Shown here: in pieces, positions 61,325 to 64,000 of the stretch | Layout: every line of letters starts with the position of its first letter | How positions within the stretch are numbered: the stretch's first letter is position 1 | Assembly (NCBI GenBank): GCA_014435945.1 | Contig: GCA_014435945.1_4088.1 | Reading direction: 5' to 3' (one strand) | DNA: 64,000 bases | DNA from: a phage | Translations under genes and position numbers: made by a program | The notes under the pieces: generated by a model | The model's input: only the letters and a program-made list of their open reading frames with translations | Told to the model about the DNA's origin: nothing | The model's database searches: none

Positions 61325-62500
61325 CTATTCTGGTAAAATCATTTTCTTCATTTTAACTTGTTGTGTACCTGGACTCTGTTCCTGAAACATAGAGCCGTTC
61401 CCACACCAGTACACCTCATTAGTCCCCACTAACGCGTATAACACACCAGAACCACCTTGAACTGAAAATGCATTAACATCTGGTGCAACATCCATATCCT
61501 CATATTGTACCTGGTGGTAATAAGATCTTTCTGATGCAGTAGTAACAGGCCAACCAAGAGGAACACCACTACCACATGTATAAAGTTTACCATTCTGTGT
61601 CATTGCCATTATAAAATAATTCAAACTGTGATTGTTCATCGACCCAGCATCTGGTATAATACCACTAATTGCGGGAGTGGCACTAAATGGACTCATGATA
61701 CTAGTAGTGTCGCCATAACCAATACCTAAAGTATAATCAGTGTTTATACCAGCAGTATATACTCTAATATTACCATTATTAGATGTAAGTACTAAAGTCG
61801 TTAATGTAGTACATGAAATACCAATAACTGTTCCCGATATATCAGTACTTACCGTAAATGTCGAAAGTTTAGAAGAACCTGACCCTAAGTTGTAACTTGC
61901 GTTATTCCCACATCTGTAGTATTGATTATTTTTAACATAATGGAAAGCATCCCCAGCCGTTGTTCCCGCAATTATAGTAACTCCAGTAGCAATCTGAATT
62001 GGCGTTGTTTTTCTACCAGTAACACCCAATGCACCTCCTGTATTACGCCCAATCCCATATAAGTCCCCATTACTTAACAAAATCAATAACGCACCATTTG
62101 ATGCAGTAGTTTCAGTAGCAGCTATATCTACTACTGTAGTAAGTGCTGGTATTGTAGACAATAAAGATGTGATATTAGTCCATCCAGGAACTGGTGATGC
62201 AGATACACCGACATAACCCATTTGACCAGCTAAGTAAAATGCTCCGTCAGTCGTAAGTATAATTGTTGCTGCAAAGAAGCACCAAACATTAGAAACTTTA
62301 TATGGACACTGTACCCACCCATTTTGCACATACGCAGTGCTATTATTTCCTAGCATATAGTTTGCACCATTTCCACGTAGATATAAGTTACCACTATCAA
62401 ATAACATACCCATATGTGATGGAGATGTACTTATCTTCATAACACCTGAAGGTGCTGGAACTCTGTTTCCGTACTTAACCATTCTTGCAAAAGGTAACAT
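61325..62500 (-). CDS. MLPF family paralog F (beta-propeller-like)
   Basis: MLPFARMVKYGNRVP; GGALGVTG repeat. Confidence 0.65.
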   Translation of the reverse strand: MLPFARMVKYGNRVPAPSGVMKISTSPSHMGMLFDSGNLYLRGNGANYMLGNNSTAYVQNGWVQCPYKVSNVWCFFAATIILTTDGAFYLAGQMGYVGVSASPVPGWTNITSLLSTIPALTTVVDIAATETTASNGALLILLSNGDLYGIGRNTGGALGVTGRKTTPIQIATGVTIIAGTTAGDAFHYVKNNQYYRCGNNASYNLGSGSSKLSTFTVSTDISGTVIGISCTTLTTLVLTSNNGNIRVYTAGINTDYTLGIGYGDTTSIMSPFSATPAISGIIPDAGSMNNHSLNYFIMAMTQNGKLYTCGSGVPLGWPVTTASERSYYHQVQYEDMDVAPDVNAFSVQGGSGVLYALVGTNEVYWCGNGSMFQEQSPGTQQVKMKKMILPE

Positions 62501-62540
62501 ATTTCCCTCCTTTATTCATTATACTATATTTAATACAAAT

Positions 62541-62570
62541 AAGAAAGCCAGTATCAAGTACTGGCCTATA
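62541..62570 (-). terminator. intrinsic terminator (minus strand)
   Basis: GCCAGTA-TCAAG-TACTGGC hairpin. Confidence 0.6.
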
Positions 62571-62571
62571 T

Positions 62572-63741
62572 TTAAACTGGTGAATCTAATATAAATTCTA
62601 AACTACTAATGCCACCATATGTGACATCTGTTCCCGTGCTATATACAAAATTACCATCAGTTATATAAGTTCGGTGATAACTACCTGCCATCTGTGACTT
62701 ACTATAATCAAACCCATCAGGTACGATTGCTTTGGTATATACTAATGCATTAGTAGATGTACCAATACCTAACATACCAGCTTGTGTAGATTTATTGTAA
62801 CCGCAACAATATATACCATCTGTTGTAGCAATAACTTGGTTATAATATGAAGTATTGTTAGCAATGCTTACTACATCACCAGGTGGCATTAGTGATGCTG
62901 TTTGTACCTCAAATGCTCTATAATCGTTGAGAGAACCATCGTTCCCATCTGCTTGTGCACCAAATATTCTTGAACCACCATTTGCGATGATAGTTTTACC
63001 AGTGGGATCAGTGCCTATTGCCATTGCCATTGAAGTACCATTATTCACATAGTATTTTATATTAATTGTATTACTTAAGCTGGTAGGAGCACCATAATAT
63101 ATATTATATAACTTACTTCCTGAACTTGTAACTGCATTGACTCTTCCTGTATAAAATAGCCATCCTTGGTTTGTAACATAACCGTGCATTAAATTACTTG
63201 CAAACAATTTAACAGGTAATTGATTTGCTGCGGTCGGGACAGTACTTTTGACGAATCTACCAGAAACATAGTTAGTTGTTGTCCCATCACCCAACTGACC
63301 ATCCGACCCTACTCCAGTACTCCATATTGTTTGGTCTGATAGTAACACACTTGTAGTCTGATAACTAACGGCTATATCTAATATTGGTAATGTTAATGTA
63401 TTGAATATAGGCATAGCAGATGTCCATATTGATACTCCTGCCCCTTTCATACCAACAGTTGTTGAACTTCCACTGTACCATATTTCATTATTGCTTTTCT
63501 TAACAACTATCGACGTGGTTCCCATCCAAAAATCTTCAACACCAGAAGTACTAAAAGTCCATGTAGTAACAGTATTTTCGTGACCTAAACCCAAAAGACC
63601 ATATGCATTATCACCACGCACATATAAATCACCACTGTTTGTTAAAACAGCAACATTATAGTTGTTAGCAAGTATTTTTTTAATATTTGGTTTAGTAGGT
63701 GCAATATTCCCGTAATCAAACATTCTAACAAAAGGTAACAT
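62572..63741 (-). CDS. RCC1-like repeat protein, MLPF family paralog G
   Basis: Start at internal Met (MLPFVRMFDYGNIAP) preceded by AAGGAGG; DGQLGDGTT repeat; track start 63777 adds 12 non-conserved residues. Confidence 0.65.
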   Translation of the reverse strand: MLPFVRMFDYGNIAPTKPNIKKILANNYNVAVLTNSGDLYVRGDNAYGLLGLGHENTVTTWTFSTSGVEDFWMGTTSIVVKKSNNEIWYSGSSTTVGMKGAGVSIWTSAMPIFNTLTLPILDIAVSYQTTSVLLSDQTIWSTGVGSDGQLGDGTTTNYVSGRFVKSTVPTAANQLPVKLFASNLMHGYVTNQGWLFYTGRVNAVTSSGSKLYNIYYGAPTSLSNTINIKYYVNNGTSMAMAIGTDPTGKTIIANGGSRIFGAQADGNDGSLNDYRAFEVQTASLMPPGDVVSIANNTSYYNQVIATTDGIYCCGYNKSTQAGMLGIGTSTNALVYTKAIVPDGFDYSKSQMAGSYHRTYITDGNFVYSTGTDVTYGGISSLEFILDSPV

Positions 63742-63780
63742 ATTTCCTCCTTTATTCATTATACTATATTTAATCAAAAA

Positions 63781-63808
63781 GAAAAGCCAGTATCAAGTAC
63801 TGGCATTA
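63781..63808 (-). terminator. intrinsic terminator (minus strand)
   Basis: GCCAGTA-TCAAG-TACTGGC hairpin, same as at 62547. Confidence 0.6.
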
Positions 63809-63811
63809 TTG

Positions 63812-64000
63812 TTATAGTTGTCTTGGAGTATCAAGTACATATCTATTTGTACTAGGACCACCATCATCATAAGTTCCGGTTGAATATATATTTTTCATAT
63901 CAGCAGTTAGGAAAGTACGTAACGACCCTCGATATATTTTTATTTTATCATACATAGAATATGTTATTTCTGACGGCAATGGACATGCAGTAAATTTACC
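63812..64000 (-). CDS. 3' end of a further minus-strand gene (5' part beyond window); likely another MLPF paralog
   Basis: Open minus-strand frame ending ...LDTPRQL at stop 63812-63814, similar to ...LDSPV/...EDSPI ends of paralogs. Confidence 0.4.
   Translation of the reverse strand, partial: GKFTACPLPSEITYSMYDKIKIYRGSLRTFLTADMKNIYSTGTYDDGGPSTNRYVLDTPRQL

Overview
This window looks like a densely packed, AT-rich segment of a large virulent tailed phage. Bases 1-54700 are almost entirely plus-strand: about 130 short genes, many overlapping stop/start (ATGA, TAATG), typical of an early host-takeover region. The last 9 kb switches to a minus-strand tandem array of at least 8 paralogous RCC1-like beta-propeller genes. 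Recognisable genes are a Dcm-type cytosine-C5 methyltransferase, a T4 endonuclease V (denV) homolog, two HNH endonucleases, a sigma-70-family protein, a P-loop ATPase and a zinc-ribbon nuclease-like protein. There are seven tRNA genes, including a perfect tandem duplicate. The denV homolog, tRNA cluster and HNH endonucleases suggest a T4-superfamily-like phage, but I cannot identify it. Four features stand out as candidate novel biology: (1) a family of 20+ small proteins with unrelated N-termini sharing a C-terminal module ([DE][DE]x[FYL]FQxS[TL][IV]xD...GLTxEDI); (2) the RCC1-like array, each gene opening with MLPF[AV]RM[VF][KD][YF]GN; (3) a fused terminator-promoter cassette (GGGTTGAC-TTCG-GTCAGCCC-TTTTT-GC-TATAAT) repeated about 10 times; (4) two tandem arrays of small membrane proteins plus many small signal-peptide/lipoprotein genes. 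All calls are from reading the sequence and ORF track; no database search was run, and coordinates of small motifs may be off by 1-2 nt.
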